DNA of 64,000 nt, taken from Sphingobacteriaceae bacterium. Lineage in GTDB: Bacteria > Bacillota > Sulfobacillia > Thermaerobacterales > RSA17. A program made the position numbers and the translations under genes. The DNA is taken from NCBI GenBank assembly GCA_035303785.1, contig DATGRI010000030.1:22047-86046 (forward strand), written 5' to 3'. This document shows, in pieces, positions 9,330 through 19,536 of this stretch (position 1 is the first letter of the stretch; the number at the start of each line of letters is the position of its first letter). The notes under the pieces were generated by a model, which was given only the letters and a program-made list of their open reading frames with translations, was not told the origin of the DNA and made no database searches.

Positions 9330-11606
9330 TTACAGGAGCGACGCGGGGTCCACGTCCACGCTCACCCGGACGCCCCCCTGGCGCCAACTGCCCCGGCCCG
9401 GGAGCCTTTCCGCCAGCCATGACCGAAGGTCCCGGCCCGGCAGGCCCGGCTCCCCCCGCAGCACCAGCTGCCAGCGGTACAAGGAGCGCAGCCGGCCCAA
9501 GGGGGCCCGGGCGGGGCCCAGCAGTTCCACCCCGGGCAGGGGTTCGGCCTGGAGCCGGGCGGCCAGGTCCTCCAGGGCCCTGCGGGCGGCCGCCTCCTCC
9601 CGGGCCGAGGCCAGGAGGCGGATCAAGGTGCCGCAGGGCGGGTAGCCCAGGGCCCGGCGCTGCTCCATCTCCTGGCGCCAGAACTCCGTCACTCGGCCCC
9701 CGGCCACGGCGGTCACGGAGGGGTGGTCGGGGTTGAAGGTCTGGATGATGACCCGGCCGGGCTTGTCCCCCCTTCCCGCCCGGCCCGCCACCTGCATCAA
9801 GAGCTGAAGGGTGCGCTCGCCGCTGCGGAAGTCGGGCAGGTGGAGGGCGGTGTCGGCGCTGATGACCCCCACCAGGGTCACCCCCGGGATGTCCCAGCCC
9901 TTGGCCACCATCTGGGTGCCGATGAGGACATCGATTTCCCCGGCGGCAAAGGCCCGGTAGACCCGCTGGTGGCTCCCCTTGCGGGTTGCGGTGTCGGCGT
10001 CCAGGCGGGCGATGCGGGCCTCAGGCAGCAGTTCCCGGGCCGCCTCCTCCACCCGCTCGGTGCCCACGCCGAAAAAGCCGATGCGGGTGCCGCCGCAGCT
10101 GGGGCAGCGGGTCGGGGGCCGCCGGGACAGGCCGCAGTAATGGCACAGAAGCCGGCCCCGGCCCCGGTGGTAGGTCAAGGCCACGCTGCAGCGGGGACAT
10201 TCTTCGGCATGGCCGCATTCCCGGCACAGGACGATGGTGGCAAAGCCCCGGCGGTTCAAAAACAGGATGGCCTGCTCCCCCCTGGCCACGCACTCGGTCA
10301 AGGCTGCCGCCAGGGGCTCGCTGATGACGGACCGGCCCGCGGCCCGCTCCTCCCGCTGGTCCACGATGTCCACCTGGGGCATGGGGCGGCCGTCCACCCG
10401 GTCCGCCATGGTAAGCAGGTGCCACCGGCCTTCCTCCACCTCATGCCAGCTTTCCAGGGAGGGGGTGGCGCTGCCGCACAGGAGCACGCCGCCCCCGCGC
10501 TGCACCCGCTCCCAGGCCACCGTCCGGGCATGGTAGCGGGGCGCCTCGTCCTGCTTGAAGGCCGGCTCGTGCTCCTCGTCCAGGATGATGAGCCCCAAGT
10601 CGTCCACGGGGGCAAAGACCGCCGACCGGGCGCCCACCACCACCTGGGCGTCCCCTTGGCGGATGCGGCGCCATTGGTCGTACCGCTCCCCCATGCTCAG
10701 CCCGCTGTGGAGGACGGCCACCGCCGCCCCCAGGGCCCGGCGGAAGCGGTCCACGCTCTGGGGCGTCAGGCTGATTTCCGGCACCAGGTACAGGGCCGTG
10801 CGGCCCAAGGCCAGGCAGCGGCGGATGGCTTCCAGGTAGACTTCCGTCTTGCCGCTGGCGGTGACGCCGTACAGGAGGAAGCCTTGGGCCTCCCGGGACG
10901 CCAAGGCTGCCTCCAGCCGGCGGCAGCACTCGGCCTGGGCCGGGGTGAAGGGCGGCGGCTGGGCCAGCACGGCCGGGGGCGGCGGCAGGGGGTCCCGGTG
11001 GATCTGCCGGTGCTCCACCGTCACCAAGCCTTTGGACACCAGGGCGTTGAGGGCGGCGCTCGTTCCCCCGCCCGGCCCCAGGGCCTCAGAGGCGGGCATA
11101 CCTTGGGGATGATCCAGCAGCAGGTTCAGAAGGGCGGCCTGGCGCACGGCGTTGGCCGGCAGGGTCTCCAAGGCGGCGGCCAGCCGGCCGGCCGGCACCG
11201 CCGGCTTGATGAACCGGTCCTGGAGCGGCCGGGCCCGGCCGGTGCCGGCGCCGGGGGGCAGCATGACCCGCAGGGCCTGGGACCGCAGGCTCAAATAACG
11301 GTCGGCCAGCCATGCCGACAGGTCCATCAACTCTTCCGTCAGGTGGAGGTCATCCCCGTCCAGGCGCAGGATGGGGCGCAGTTTCCCGGGATCCACGGCG
11401 GGCTGGCCCGCCAGCCCCACCACGTAACCCGCCGTCTGCCGGCGGCCGAAGGGAACCACCACCCGGTGGCCCACGGCCAGCACGGGCACCAGTTCAGGGG
11501 GCACCGAGTAGTCGAAGATCTGGTCGTGACCCTGCATGGATACGGTTACCAGGACTTGGGCCACGGGACCGGCAGGGCCGCCGGCGTGGGAAGGGTTCAA
11601 CGGCAC
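9330..11606 (-). CDS. priA: primosomal replication-restart helicase PriA
   Basis: Walker A GVTASGKTEVY, DEEHE box and Cys-rich zinc insert CRECGHAEECPRCSVALTYH...CHYCG...CPSCGG. Confidence 0.93.
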   Translation of the reverse strand: MPLNPSHAGGPAGPVAQVLVTVSMQGHDQIFDYSVPPELVPVLAVGHRVVVPFGRRQTAGYVVGLAGQPAVDPGKLRPILRLDGDDLHLTEELMDLSAWLADRYLSLRSQALRVMLPPGAGTGRARPLQDRFIKPAVPAGRLAAALETLPANAVRQAALLNLLLDHPQGMPASEALGPGGGTSAALNALVSKGLVTVEHRQIHRDPLPPPPAVLAQPPPFTPAQAECCRRLEAALASREAQGFLLYGVTASGKTEVYLEAIRRCLALGRTALYLVPEISLTPQSVDRFRRALGAAVAVLHSGLSMGERYDQWRRIRQGDAQVVVGARSAVFAPVDDLGLIILDEEHEPAFKQDEAPRYHARTVAWERVQRGGGVLLCGSATPSLESWHEVEEGRWHLLTMADRVDGRPMPQVDIVDQREERAAGRSVISEPLAAALTECVARGEQAILFLNRRGFATIVLCRECGHAEECPRCSVALTYHRGRGRLLCHYCGLSRRPPTRCPSCGGTRIGFFGVGTERVEEAARELLPEARIARLDADTATRKGSHQRVYRAFAAGEIDVLIGTQMVAKGWDIPGVTLVGVISADTALHLPDFRSGERTLQLLMQVAGRAGRGDKPGRVIIQTFNPDHPSVTAVAGGRVTEFWRQEMEQRRALGYPPCGTLIRLLASAREEAAARRALEDLAARLQAEPLPGVELLGPARAPLGRLRSLYRWQLVLRGEPGLPGRDLRSWLAERLPGRGSWRQGGVRVSVDVDPASLL

Positions 11607-11618
11607 GGCCCTCCTTCG

Positions 11619-12872
11619 TCAAGGGGAGGGCTCGGCGTCGGCCAGGATTTCCTTGACGGCATCCAGGATGTGATGGGCTACTTCCCGCTTGCTCAGGAGG
11701 GGCAGGGCCCGGTGGCGGCCGTCGGCGAAGAGCAGGTGGACCCGGTTGGTGTCGTGGGCGAACCCGGCGTCGGGCTCGGTGATGTCGTTGGCCACCATCA
11801 GGTCCGCTCCCTTGGCCTTCATCTTCTCCCGGGCGAAGTTCAAAGTGTCGTGGCTTTCGGCGGCGAAGCCCACCAGCACCTGGCCCGGCTGCTTGCGGCG
11901 CCCGGCCTCGGCCAGGATGTCGGGGTTGCGGGCCAGGCTGATGGTCAGTTCCGCATCGTTCTTCTTGATCTTTTGCTCCCGGGTTTCGGCGGGGCGGAAG
12001 TCGGCCACGGCGGCCGCCTTGATCAAGACGTCGGTGCCGGGCAGCCTCTCCAGCACCGCCGCATACATATCCCGGGCGGAGGTGATGGGCACGGCCGTCA
12101 CCCCCGGGGGCACGGGCAAGGCCACCGGCCCGTGGATGAGGGTAACCTGGGCTCCCCGCTCCCGGGCGGCCGCGGCAATGGCAAAGCCCATCTTGCCGGA
12201 AGAGGGGTTGGACAAGAACCGCACCGGGTCGAAATACTCCCGGGTGGGGCCGGCGGTGACCACCAGCCGGCGCCCGGCCAGATCCTGGTCCCGGGTCAGC
12301 AGGTCCACCGCCGCGGCCACCAGCCGCTGGGGCTCCACCATCCGCCCCGGCCCTGTCCGGCCTGAGGCCAGGTGGCCCTCCTCGGGGCCCACCACGTGCC
12401 ATCCCCAGCTGCGGAGACGGTCCAAATTGGCGGCGACGGCGGGGTTGTCCATCATGCCCGCTTCCATGGCCGGGGCCAGGAGCACGGGCGCCTGGATGCC
12501 CATGACCACGGTGCTGACGGGATCGTCGGCGATGCCGTTGGCCAGCTTGCCGATGATGTTGGCGGTGGCGGGGGCGATGATGCACAGGTCCGATTCGTGG
12601 GCCAGTTCCACGTGGTCCACGGCGCCCACCCGCTGGGGCTGGAACAGGGTGGTCCACACGGGCTGGCCCGACAGGGCCTGGAAGGTCAAAGGGGTGACGA
12701 AGGCCGTGGCCCCTTGGGTGAGCACCACCCGCACCACGGCGCCCAACTGCCGCAGGCGGCTGACGGCGAAGGCCGCCTTGTAGGCGGCGATGCCGCCGGC
12801 GACGCAAAACAGTATGCGGCGCTGGTCCAAAGGCCTTTCCCCTTGGGCCTCATTCCCCGGCACCTGGCCCAA
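11619..12872 (-). CDS. coaBC: bifunctional phosphopantothenoylcysteine decarboxylase / synthetase
   Basis: Flavoprotein N-terminus ILFCVAGGIAAYKA followed by a CoaB domain. 417 aa. Confidence 0.92.
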   Translation of the reverse strand: MGQVPGNEAQGERPLDQRRILFCVAGGIAAYKAAFAVSRLRQLGAVVRVVLTQGATAFVTPLTFQALSGQPVWTTLFQPQRVGAVDHVELAHESDLCIIAPATANIIGKLANGIADDPVSTVVMGIQAPVLLAPAMEAGMMDNPAVAANLDRLRSWGWHVVGPEEGHLASGRTGPGRMVEPQRLVAAAVDLLTRDQDLAGRRLVVTAGPTREYFDPVRFLSNPSSGKMGFAIAAAARERGAQVTLIHGPVALPVPPGVTAVPITSARDMYAAVLERLPGTDVLIKAAAVADFRPAETREQKIKKNDAELTISLARNPDILAEAGRRKQPGQVLVGFAAESHDTLNFAREKMKAKGADLMVANDITEPDAGFAHDTNRVHLLFADGRHRALPLLSKREVAHHILDAVKEILADAEPSP

Positions 12873-12901
12873 CCTCCCCCGTCGCTGTCGTGTTCCCGTC
12901 T

Positions 12902-13105
12902 TTACGGTTCTTCAGGACCTTCCCATTCCAACTTGTCCTGCAGGAGTTCCTCGAAGGCGATGCTGACAGGCTTGGCCATGGCGGTGGCCACCAGGGTGCT
13001 TGTCCCCCCGGCGTCCACGATTTGGCGGGCCCGGCGGGCGGCAACGACCACCAAGGTGTACTTGCTGTCAGCCTTCTCCAGCAGGGCGTCCAGGTCCAGT
13101 TGCAT
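12902..13105 (-). CDS. rpoZ: RNA polymerase omega subunit
   Basis: MQLDLDALLEKADSKYTLVVVAARRARQI. The internal ATG at 13105 sits just after the gmk stop. The upstream part of the 104-aa ORF overlaps gmk and is discounted. Confidence 0.88.
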   Translation of the reverse strand: MQLDLDALLEKADSKYTLVVVAARRARQIVDAGGTSTLVATAMAKPVSIAFEELLQDKLEWEGPEEP

Positions 13106-13109
13106 GGGC

Positions 13110-13727
13110 TTATCCCTCCAGCCAGAAGAGATGACCGGCGTCCAGGTAGCGCTGGACCCGGCATCGCTCGGCTCTGATGATGGCTGCCACGTCGGCCGCG
13201 GCAACAGCCACATCATCGTTTACTATACAGTACTGGTAATCTTTGACCCACACCAGTTCCTCGCCGGCGCTCCGCAGGCGCTGCCGCTGGGCTTCCGGCG
13301 ACTCGGTGCCCCGGCTCTCGATGCGGCGGCGCAGTTCCTCCAGGGAAGGCGGCAGGATGAAGATGGTCACCGCCTTGGGGTAAAGAGCCATGATCTTGCG
13401 GGCTCCTTGGACGTCCTTTTCCACGATGACATCCCGGCCTTCCCGTATATAGGTCTCCATGGGCTCCCGGGGTGTGCCGTACAGGTGGCCGTACACTTCG
13501 GACCATTCCACCAGTTCGCCCCTGGCGGCCCGGGCCCGGAAATCCTCTTCATCGGTGAAGAAATAATGCTGCCCATCCCGCTCGCCCGGACGGGGCGGCC
13601 GGGTGGTCACGCTGACGCCGTAGATGAGATCGGGTTCCAGCTTGGCCAGTTCCCGGCGCACCGAACCCTTGCCGGCGCCCGAGGGCGCCGACAGCACGAT
13701 GAGCAGGCCCGGCAGGGTCTTGTTCAA
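13110..13727 (-). CDS. gmk: guanylate kinase
   Basis: P-loop [11 protein letters not shown] plus TTRPPRPGE. 205 aa. Confidence 0.94.
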   Translation of the reverse strand: MNKTLPGLLIVLSAPSGAGKGSVRRELAKLEPDLIYGVSVTTRPPRPGERDGQHYFFTDEEDFRARAARGELVEWSEVYGHLYGTPREPMETYIREGRDVIVEKDVQGARKIMALYPKAVTIFILPPSLEELRRRIESRGTESPEAQRQRLRSAGEELVWVKDYQYCIVNDDVAVAAADVAAIIRAERCRVQRYLDAGHLFWLEG

Positions 13728-14008
13728 AGACGCCCGCCTCCTTTTCCGTCGCCGTCTGCGGTCCGGCCCAACTCCCGGGGAGCCAGGCGCTGGGCGATGG
13801 TTTCGGGCTGGACGGCGGCCAGCAGCACATGGCCTGAATCGGTGATGATGACGGCCCGGGTCCGGCGCCCGTAGGTGGCGTCGATCAGCAGGCCTTCAGC
13901 CCGGGCGTCGGATATGATGCGCTTGATGGGGGCCGATTCGGGGCTTACCACTGCCACGATGCGGTCGGCAGCCACGATGTTGCCGAAGCCGATATTCACC
14001 AGTCGCAT
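13724..14008 (-). CDS. remA: RemA/DUF370 family regulator
   Basis: [32 protein letters not shown]... matches the RemA (YlzA) pattern. Positioned between yicC-like and gmk as in Bacillus. Confidence 0.85.
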   Translation of the reverse strand: MRLVNIGFGNIVAADRIVAVVSPESAPIKRIISDARAEGLLIDATYGRRTRAVIITDSGHVLLAAVQPETIAQRLAPRELGRTADGDGKGGGRL

Positions 14009-14026
14009 GTCCCTATGGGCGCCCCC

Positions 14027-14902
14027 CTATTCGATGTTCTGCACTTGCTCCCGCAGGTTTTCCAGTTCGGACTTCATCTCCACCACCGCCTGGGAGATGG
14101 CGGTGCTTTGGCTCTTGGCGCCCATGGTCTGCACTTCCCGGTGGGCTTCCTGCAGCAGGAATTCCATCCGGCGCCCCACGGGACCTGCGTCCTGAAGGCA
14201 TTGCCGCAGCTGCTCCAGGTGGCTGCCCAGGCGGGTGATCTCCTCGTCGATGGCCGACCGCTCGGCCATGAGGACCACTTCGGCGGTGATCCGGTCCATG
14301 TCCAGGGATCCTTCGGGCAGCCACTCCTGCAGCCGCTCCAGGAGGCGCTGCCGGTAATGCTCCGCCACCGCCGGCGCCTCGGCGGCCACGGCGGACAGCA
14401 GTTCCTGGAGCCGGTCGATGCGCTTCAGGCAGTCGGCGGCCAGGGCCTGTCCCTCGGACCGCCGGCTGGCGGTCAACTGGTCCAAGGCGGCCGCCAGGGC
14501 GGGCTCCATTTCGTGCCACAAGTCGCCGGCCTCGGGGGCCGTCGATTCAACCGTGAACAGGTCGGGCATGGCGGCCAGCACCGAGATGGGGATGTGGGGA
14601 ACCAGGCCCAGCTCCCGGGCCAGTTGGTCCAGGGCTTGGTGGTAGGCCACGGCCAGGGGCTGGTTCAGCTTTACCTGCCGGGTGCCTTCCAGGGGTTCGG
14701 CCGTGAGGCTCAGGTCCACCCGGCCCCGGCGCACCCGCTGGAGCACGGCCTTGCGGATGGACTGCTCCCAGGGGCTGAAATCCCGGGGCAGGCGGATGTG
14801 GACGTCGTTGAAGCGGTGATTGACGGAGCGGACCTCAACGGCGAAGCGATAATATTTGCCTACGGACTCCCCCTGTCCGTAGCCCGTCATGCTGCTGACC
14901 AA
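14027..14902 (-). CDS. yloC: YicC/YloC family stress-induced protein
   Basis: The N-terminus MVSSMTGYGQGE (TTG start) is typical of YicC. 291 aa, helical C-terminus. Confidence 0.85.
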   Translation of the reverse strand: MVSSMTGYGQGESVGKYYRFAVEVRSVNHRFNDVHIRLPRDFSPWEQSIRKAVLQRVRRGRVDLSLTAEPLEGTRQVKLNQPLAVAYHQALDQLARELGLVPHIPISVLAAMPDLFTVESTAPEAGDLWHEMEPALAAALDQLTASRRSEGQALAADCLKRIDRLQELLSAVAAEAPAVAEHYRQRLLERLQEWLPEGSLDMDRITAEVVLMAERSAIDEEITRLGSHLEQLRQCLQDAGPVGRRMEFLLQEAHREVQTMGAKSQSTAISQAVVEMKSELENLREQVQNIE

Positions 14903-15014
14903 AATTATCCCCCTTGAGCCGTTTGCCGCCGGGTTGAGGGCAGCCTTGCCCCCAAAGGGGGGCCAAATTGCCGCCTTGGGCTCGATTTCTTCAGTATTCG
15001 GCCCAAACCCGCAC

Positions 15015-17741
15015 CTATCCTACTGGAATGGATTTGGCTTTGCAACGAACCGCCCGGGCCGCCGCCAGGAGCAGGGGCCACAATCCACCGGCGGCCAGGA
15101 CCCCCGACCATTGGACCCAGGTCAAGGCTTCCGCCCGGAAAGGCCCTTGGAGGGGCGGCCAGTGGACCACCAGGGCCAGGAGCACCAAGGAGGAGGCCAC
15201 AGCACCCCACAGGGCGGGGTTGCGGCCGCCCCGGCCTCGGGGTTCGTCCCGGCCCCGGAAGCGGTCGGGTTCGGGCCGGGAGCGGCAGTCCAGCACGTGG
15301 AACATTTGGGACACCACCAGGCTGGCGAAGGCGGCGGTGCGGGCCTGGGCCAGGCTGCCGGTGTCCCACAGGCACCAGAGGAAGACCGCCAGGGCGGTGA
15401 TCCCGATGGCCACGCCCCAGGCGATGATGCGCCGGCCCATCCCGTCGCTGAAGAGGCTTTCCCCGGGGGCCCGGGGCGGCCGCTCCATGACGCCGGGATC
15501 GGGGGGCTCCAGGCCCAGGGCCACGGCGGGCAGCCCGTCGGTGACCAGGTTGACGAAGAGGATGTGGATGGGCAGCAGGGGCAGGGGCAGGCCCAGCAGG
15601 GTGCCCAGGAACATGACGAAGACCTCGCCCAGATTGGAAGCCAGCAGGTAGCGGACGAAGCGGCGGATGTTCTCGTAGATGGCCCGGCCCTGCTCCACGG
15701 CATTGACGATGGTGGCGAAGTTGTCGTCCAGCAGCACCATGCCCGCCGCTTCCTTGGTCACATCGGTGCCCGTCCGGCCCATGGCGATGCCGATGTGGGC
15801 CTCCTTCACCGCCGGGGCGTCGTTGATGCCGTCGCCCGTCATGGCCACCACGTGGCCCCGGGCCTTGAGGGCCTGGACGATGCGCAGCTTGTGCTCCGGG
15901 GAGACCCGGGCGAAGACGTCGGTGCCGGCCACGGCCGCCGCCAGGCCCCGGTCGTCCAGCTGCTGGACCTGCCAGCCCTCCAGCACCCCTCCCCCCTGCC
16001 GGGTCAGGCCCAGTTCACCGGCCACCGCCTCGGCCGTGCGCCGGTGGTCACCGGTGACCATGTACACCCGGATGCCCGCCGCCCGGCAGCGCCGCAGGGC
16101 CTGGGCGGCCTCGGGCCGGGGCGGGTCGGCCAGGGCCACCAGCCCGTGGAAGGTCAAATCCCGTTCCAGGTCATCGGCCGCTGCTTGGGCCCGCCGGGAC
16201 GGCCCAGGATTGCCCGCTTCCCCGCCCGGGACGGGTCCCAGGGAGCGGGAAGCCACCGCCAGTACCCGCAGGCCGTCGCCGGCCAGGGCATCCACCGCCC
16301 GGCCCACCTGCTGCCGCAGGGCCGGGGTCATGGGCCGGAGGGCCTCCCCTGCCACAGCGGTGGTGCACAAGGGCAGCAGCCCTTCGGGGGCGCCCTTCAC
16401 ATAGGCCGTCAACCGGCCGTCCCGCCGGCGCACCACCGTCATCCGCTTGCGGTAGGAATCGAAGGGGAACTCAGCCCACAAAGGCTGCTCCATCCGGAAC
16501 TTTCCGGGATCCAGCCCTGCTTCCAAAAGGGCCAGGTACAGGGCCGTTTCCGTAGGCGTGCCCCGGGCCCCGCCCCCGGGGGCGGGCTCGGCGTTGTTGC
16601 ACAGGGCGCCGGCCACGGCCAGCAGGCTTTTCACCGCCGGGGAAGCCGCGGGCCCCGGCTCCTCCAGCCGCCCTTCGGCCCACACGGACCGCACCCGCAT
16701 CTGGCCCAAGGTCAAGGTGCCCGTCTTGTCGGAGCAGATGGCGGTGGTGGAGCCCAAGGTCTCCACCGCCGGCAGGCGGCGGATGACGGCCTTGACCTTC
16801 ACCAGCCGGTGGACGCCCAAGGCCAGGACGATGGTCACCACGGCGGGCAGCCCTTCGGGGATGGCCGCCACCGCCAGGCTGACCCCCGCCAGCACCATGG
16901 TGTACAAGGTCTCGCCGTTCCAGAGGCCGATGAAAACCACCAGGAGGCAGGCCGCCAGGCAGCCTATCACCAGATACCGGCCCAGTTCCGCCAGCCGCCG
17001 CTGGAGAGGGGTCTCCTCGGGGCCGGCCCGGTTGATCAGGCCGGCGATGCGGCCCATTTCCGTAGCCATCCCCGTGGCCACCACCACCGCCCGGCCCCGG
17101 CCCCGGACCACGGCGCAGCCTTGATGGACCATGTTGGCCCGGTCCCCCACCACCGCTTCCTCCGCCAGGACGACGGCAGGATCCTTGGCCACGGGGAGGG
17201 ATTCGCCGGTGAGGGCCGCTTCATCCACTTCCAAGGAATCGGCTTGGTAAAGGCGGGCGTCGGCGGGGATGCGGTCGCCCGTTTCCAGCAGGAGGAGGTC
17301 GCCGGGCACCAGGTCCTTGGCGGCCACCGAAGCGACCACGCCCTCCCGCAGCACCCGGGCCGTAGGGGCCGTCAGGCGCCGCAGGGCCAGGAGGGCCTGT
17401 TCCGCCCGGTATTCGTACAAAAAGCCCATGCTGGCGTTGAGGATGATGATGGCGCCGATGGTGAGGGCATCGGCCGTTTCCCCCAGCAGGGCCGCCATGA
17501 GGGCGGCGGCCAGGAGCACCAGCACCATGACGTCCCGGAATTGGTTCAGGAGGAGGCGCCAGCGGGGCTGCCGGGCTTCCTCCTCGAACACGTTGGCGCC
17601 GAAGGTTTCCTGCCGGCGCCGGGCCTCATGGGCCGGCAGGCCGGCGGCCGGGTCCACCTCCCAATAGGCCAGCACATCCCCGGCAGGCCAGGCATGCCAT
17701 GGGCGGGACGACATGGGCACCCTCCCCGACTCAGCCGCCAA
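15015..17741 (-). CDS. yloB: P-type cation-transporting ATPase, Ca2+ (PMCA/SERCA-like, YloB type)
   Basis: TGES, phosphorylation site CSDKTGTLT, MTGDGINDAPA and about 10 hydrophobic segments. 908 aa. Confidence 0.9.
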   Translation of the reverse strand: MAAESGRVPMSSRPWHAWPAGDVLAYWEVDPAAGLPAHEARRRQETFGANVFEEEARQPRWRLLLNQFRDVMVLVLLAAALMAALLGETADALTIGAIIILNASMGFLYEYRAEQALLALRRLTAPTARVLREGVVASVAAKDLVPGDLLLLETGDRIPADARLYQADSLEVDEAALTGESLPVAKDPAVVLAEEAVVGDRANMVHQGCAVVRGRGRAVVVATGMATEMGRIAGLINRAGPEETPLQRRLAELGRYLVIGCLAACLLVVFIGLWNGETLYTMVLAGVSLAVAAIPEGLPAVVTIVLALGVHRLVKVKAVIRRLPAVETLGSTTAICSDKTGTLTLGQMRVRSVWAEGRLEEPGPAASPAVKSLLAVAGALCNNAEPAPGGGARGTPTETALYLALLEAGLDPGKFRMEQPLWAEFPFDSYRKRMTVVRRRDGRLTAYVKGAPEGLLPLCTTAVAGEALRPMTPALRQQVGRAVDALAGDGLRVLAVASRSLGPVPGGEAGNPGPSRRAQAAADDLERDLTFHGLVALADPPRPEAAQALRRCRAAGIRVYMVTGDHRRTAEAVAGELGLTRQGGGVLEGWQVQQLDDRGLAAAVAGTDVFARVSPEHKLRIVQALKARGHVVAMTGDGINDAPAVKEAHIGIAMGRTGTDVTKEAAGMVLLDDNFATIVNAVEQGRAIYENIRRFVRYLLASNLGEVFVMFLGTLLGLPLPLLPIHILFVNLVTDGLPAVALGLEPPDPGVMERPPRAPGESLFSDGMGRRIIAWGVAIGITALAVFLWCLWDTGSLAQARTAAFASLVVSQMFHVLDCRSRPEPDRFRGRDEPRGRGGRNPALWGAVASSLVLLALVVHWPPLQGPFRAEALTWVQWSGVLAAGGLWPLLLAAARAVRCKAKSIPVG

Positions 17742-17813
17742 GGCCGGCCCGCTGCGGGGGCAGCAGGCCGGCTCGGCTGAAATCGGTGAAGGTCTATGTC
17801 AGGAAAGGAGTTC

Positions 17814-19466
17814 TCATGCAGTGGCCTGCTGGCGGAGGCGGGAGATGCGCTCCTCCTCCGTCAAAGCCAGGCCGGTGGTGGGATCCACGGCCACGCAGGC
17901 GCCGTTGACCATGCGGGTCACCACGGTGCCCCGGGCCGCCGGGTTGTTGCGCAGGTGGGGGGCATCGATGAGCCCCGTGGTGACGGCCCGCTCGATGGTG
18001 ACGGGATCGGCCCACGGGTCTTCCGTGCCCGGGGGCGCCAGGTCGGCGATGGCGTCCAGGAGGAGCCGGGTTTCGGCCACCAGCTCCCGGCGCCGATCCT
18101 GCACCCGGGGATCCAAGGTCATGTCGGGCAGCCCCTGCAGGCAGTTTTCGATGACCCGGCGGGCGATGCGGCAGGAGGCGACCACCTCGTGGGCCTCCGC
18201 CGCGTGATGGGCCTCGGTGTAGCCCACCACGTGGACGATCTGGGGCTTCAGGGCCATCTGCAGCATGACCGACGAGGCCAGGTGGCCCTTGGCCATGTCC
18301 AGGTCCGCCGGGTAGGAGGACAGGCCGCCCCGGGTTTCCCGCCAGACGGTGAAGCCCGAGTCTTCCAGCTCTTCCACCAGATCCAGCTTGGCCAGCATCT
18401 TGGCCAGGTCCATCACCGGCGAGGTGCCGGGCGGGTTGTTGAACATCATCTGCTGGATGTAGTGGCGCACCCCCATGGCCTTGGCGTTGTAGGCCGCCAG
18501 GAAGGCCATGGCTACCGCCACCGTGTCGGGGGCATCCCGCAGGCTCCAATGGTGGGATTCGTTCATTTCCACGGGGATGCCCCGCTGCCCGTGCCAGGCC
18601 AGCACTTCCTGGGCCTCCCGGACGGTGTCCAGAAGGGGCCGCTTGCTGCGGCCGTCCAGGACGCTGTACCAGGTCAAGGGAATGGCGCACCAGGCATTGT
18701 TGATCTCCTGGTGCAGCACCTCCGCCATCTGCAGGATGTCCCGGGTGCCGCTGTAGCTGCGCATCAAGGGGAAGTTGCCCCGCCGGGACGCCTCGTACAG
18801 GCGGCGGAACTCCTCCCGGGACCGGACCGGCACGCCGCCGGCCCCGTGCTGCTGGGGGTCCATCTCGTCGGGCCGGAAGAAATGCTCCTGGGTGTTTTGG
18901 TCCACGCCCAGGGAAATGACGTCCAAGGCGCCCGACTCGGCGATGACGGCCACCCCTGCCACGGTGGCCTCGTAGTCGGGCAGGCCGAAATGATGGCGGA
19001 TGACCGGATACGGGTACTTCCAGGCGATGCGCTCCGCCAGGGTTGCGGGATAGTCCCGGGCGCCTTCCTGGACGCTGTGGCCCCGCAGATAGGCGATGAC
19101 TTCCTCGGCGCCCGCCGCCGGGGAAAACACCTGCTCAAAGCGGCCCAACTCCTCCGCCACCCGGCAGACGGGCTCGGTGCCGCCGAAAATGAGCCGCTTG
19201 TCCTGGAGGCCTGCCCGGTCCAGCCGCTCCAAAATCTCTTCCAGTACCCGCCGGCCGGCCTCGGGGGTCAGCCGGTAGCCGACGGCCACGATGTCGGGGT
19301 CGTATTCCAAAACGGCATCCACCAACTCGGCAGGCGTCACGGCCGGGCCGAGAAACTCGGTGTCGAAACCTTCATCTTGGGCCAGGCGCAAGAACTGAAC
19401 CACGCCGGCCACATGAACACAGTCACCTACCGCTGCACCGAGAATTTTCTGCTTCTTCTTGCCCAT
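17814..19466 (-). CDS. uncharacterised protein: N-terminal B12-binding-like Rossmann domain plus a roughly 400-aa C-terminal domain of unknown function
   Basis: The first 130 aa (KILGAAVGDCVHVAGVVQFL...DIVAVGY...LIFGG) look like a cobalamin-binding fold, but carry D-x-x-H-x-x-G rather than DxHxxG. I recognise no motif in the rest. Coding-like GC3. Confidence 0.6.
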   Translation of the reverse strand: MGKKKQKILGAAVGDCVHVAGVVQFLRLAQDEGFDTEFLGPAVTPAELVDAVLEYDPDIVAVGYRLTPEAGRRVLEEILERLDRAGLQDKRLIFGGTEPVCRVAEELGRFEQVFSPAAGAEEVIAYLRGHSVQEGARDYPATLAERIAWKYPYPVIRHHFGLPDYEATVAGVAVIAESGALDVISLGVDQNTQEHFFRPDEMDPQQHGAGGVPVRSREEFRRLYEASRRGNFPLMRSYSGTRDILQMAEVLHQEINNAWCAIPLTWYSVLDGRSKRPLLDTVREAQEVLAWHGQRGIPVEMNESHHWSLRDAPDTVAVAMAFLAAYNAKAMGVRHYIQQMMFNNPPGTSPVMDLAKMLAKLDLVEELEDSGFTVWRETRGGLSSYPADLDMAKGHLASSVMLQMALKPQIVHVVGYTEAHHAAEAHEVVASCRIARRVIENCLQGLPDMTLDPRVQDRRRELVAETRLLLDAIADLAPPGTEDPWADPVTIERAVTTGLIDAPHLRNNPAARGTVVTRMVNGACVAVDPTTGLALTEEERISRLRQQATA

Positions 19467-19536
19467 GACTGCCTACCCCCTTTCTCCCATGGGGTTTCCT
19501 GCACGGTGCTTGGATGGTTGACAACGGGATCAAAAC

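Noticed and set aside
9723-12365. Very long antisense ORFs. These are 880 aa here, 963 aa at 14889-17780, 887 aa at 27041-29704, 979 aa at 48405-51344 and 593 aa at 7639-9420.
   Set aside because: Each lies opposite a well-supported conserved gene (priA/coaBC, the ATPase, ileS, murE/pbp, def-fmt). Their products are monotonous G/A/P/R/H/Q-rich strings with no motifs. Stop codons are rare in the antisense frames of a roughly 70 % GC genome, so ORFs like these are expected by chance.
17742-17813. GC-rich hairpin (CCGGCCUGC...GCAGCGGGCCGG) between the B12-like gene and the ATPase gene, considered as a possible terminator or attenuator.
   Set aside because: No U-run follows it, and it is no stronger than many incidental GC hairpins in this genome.
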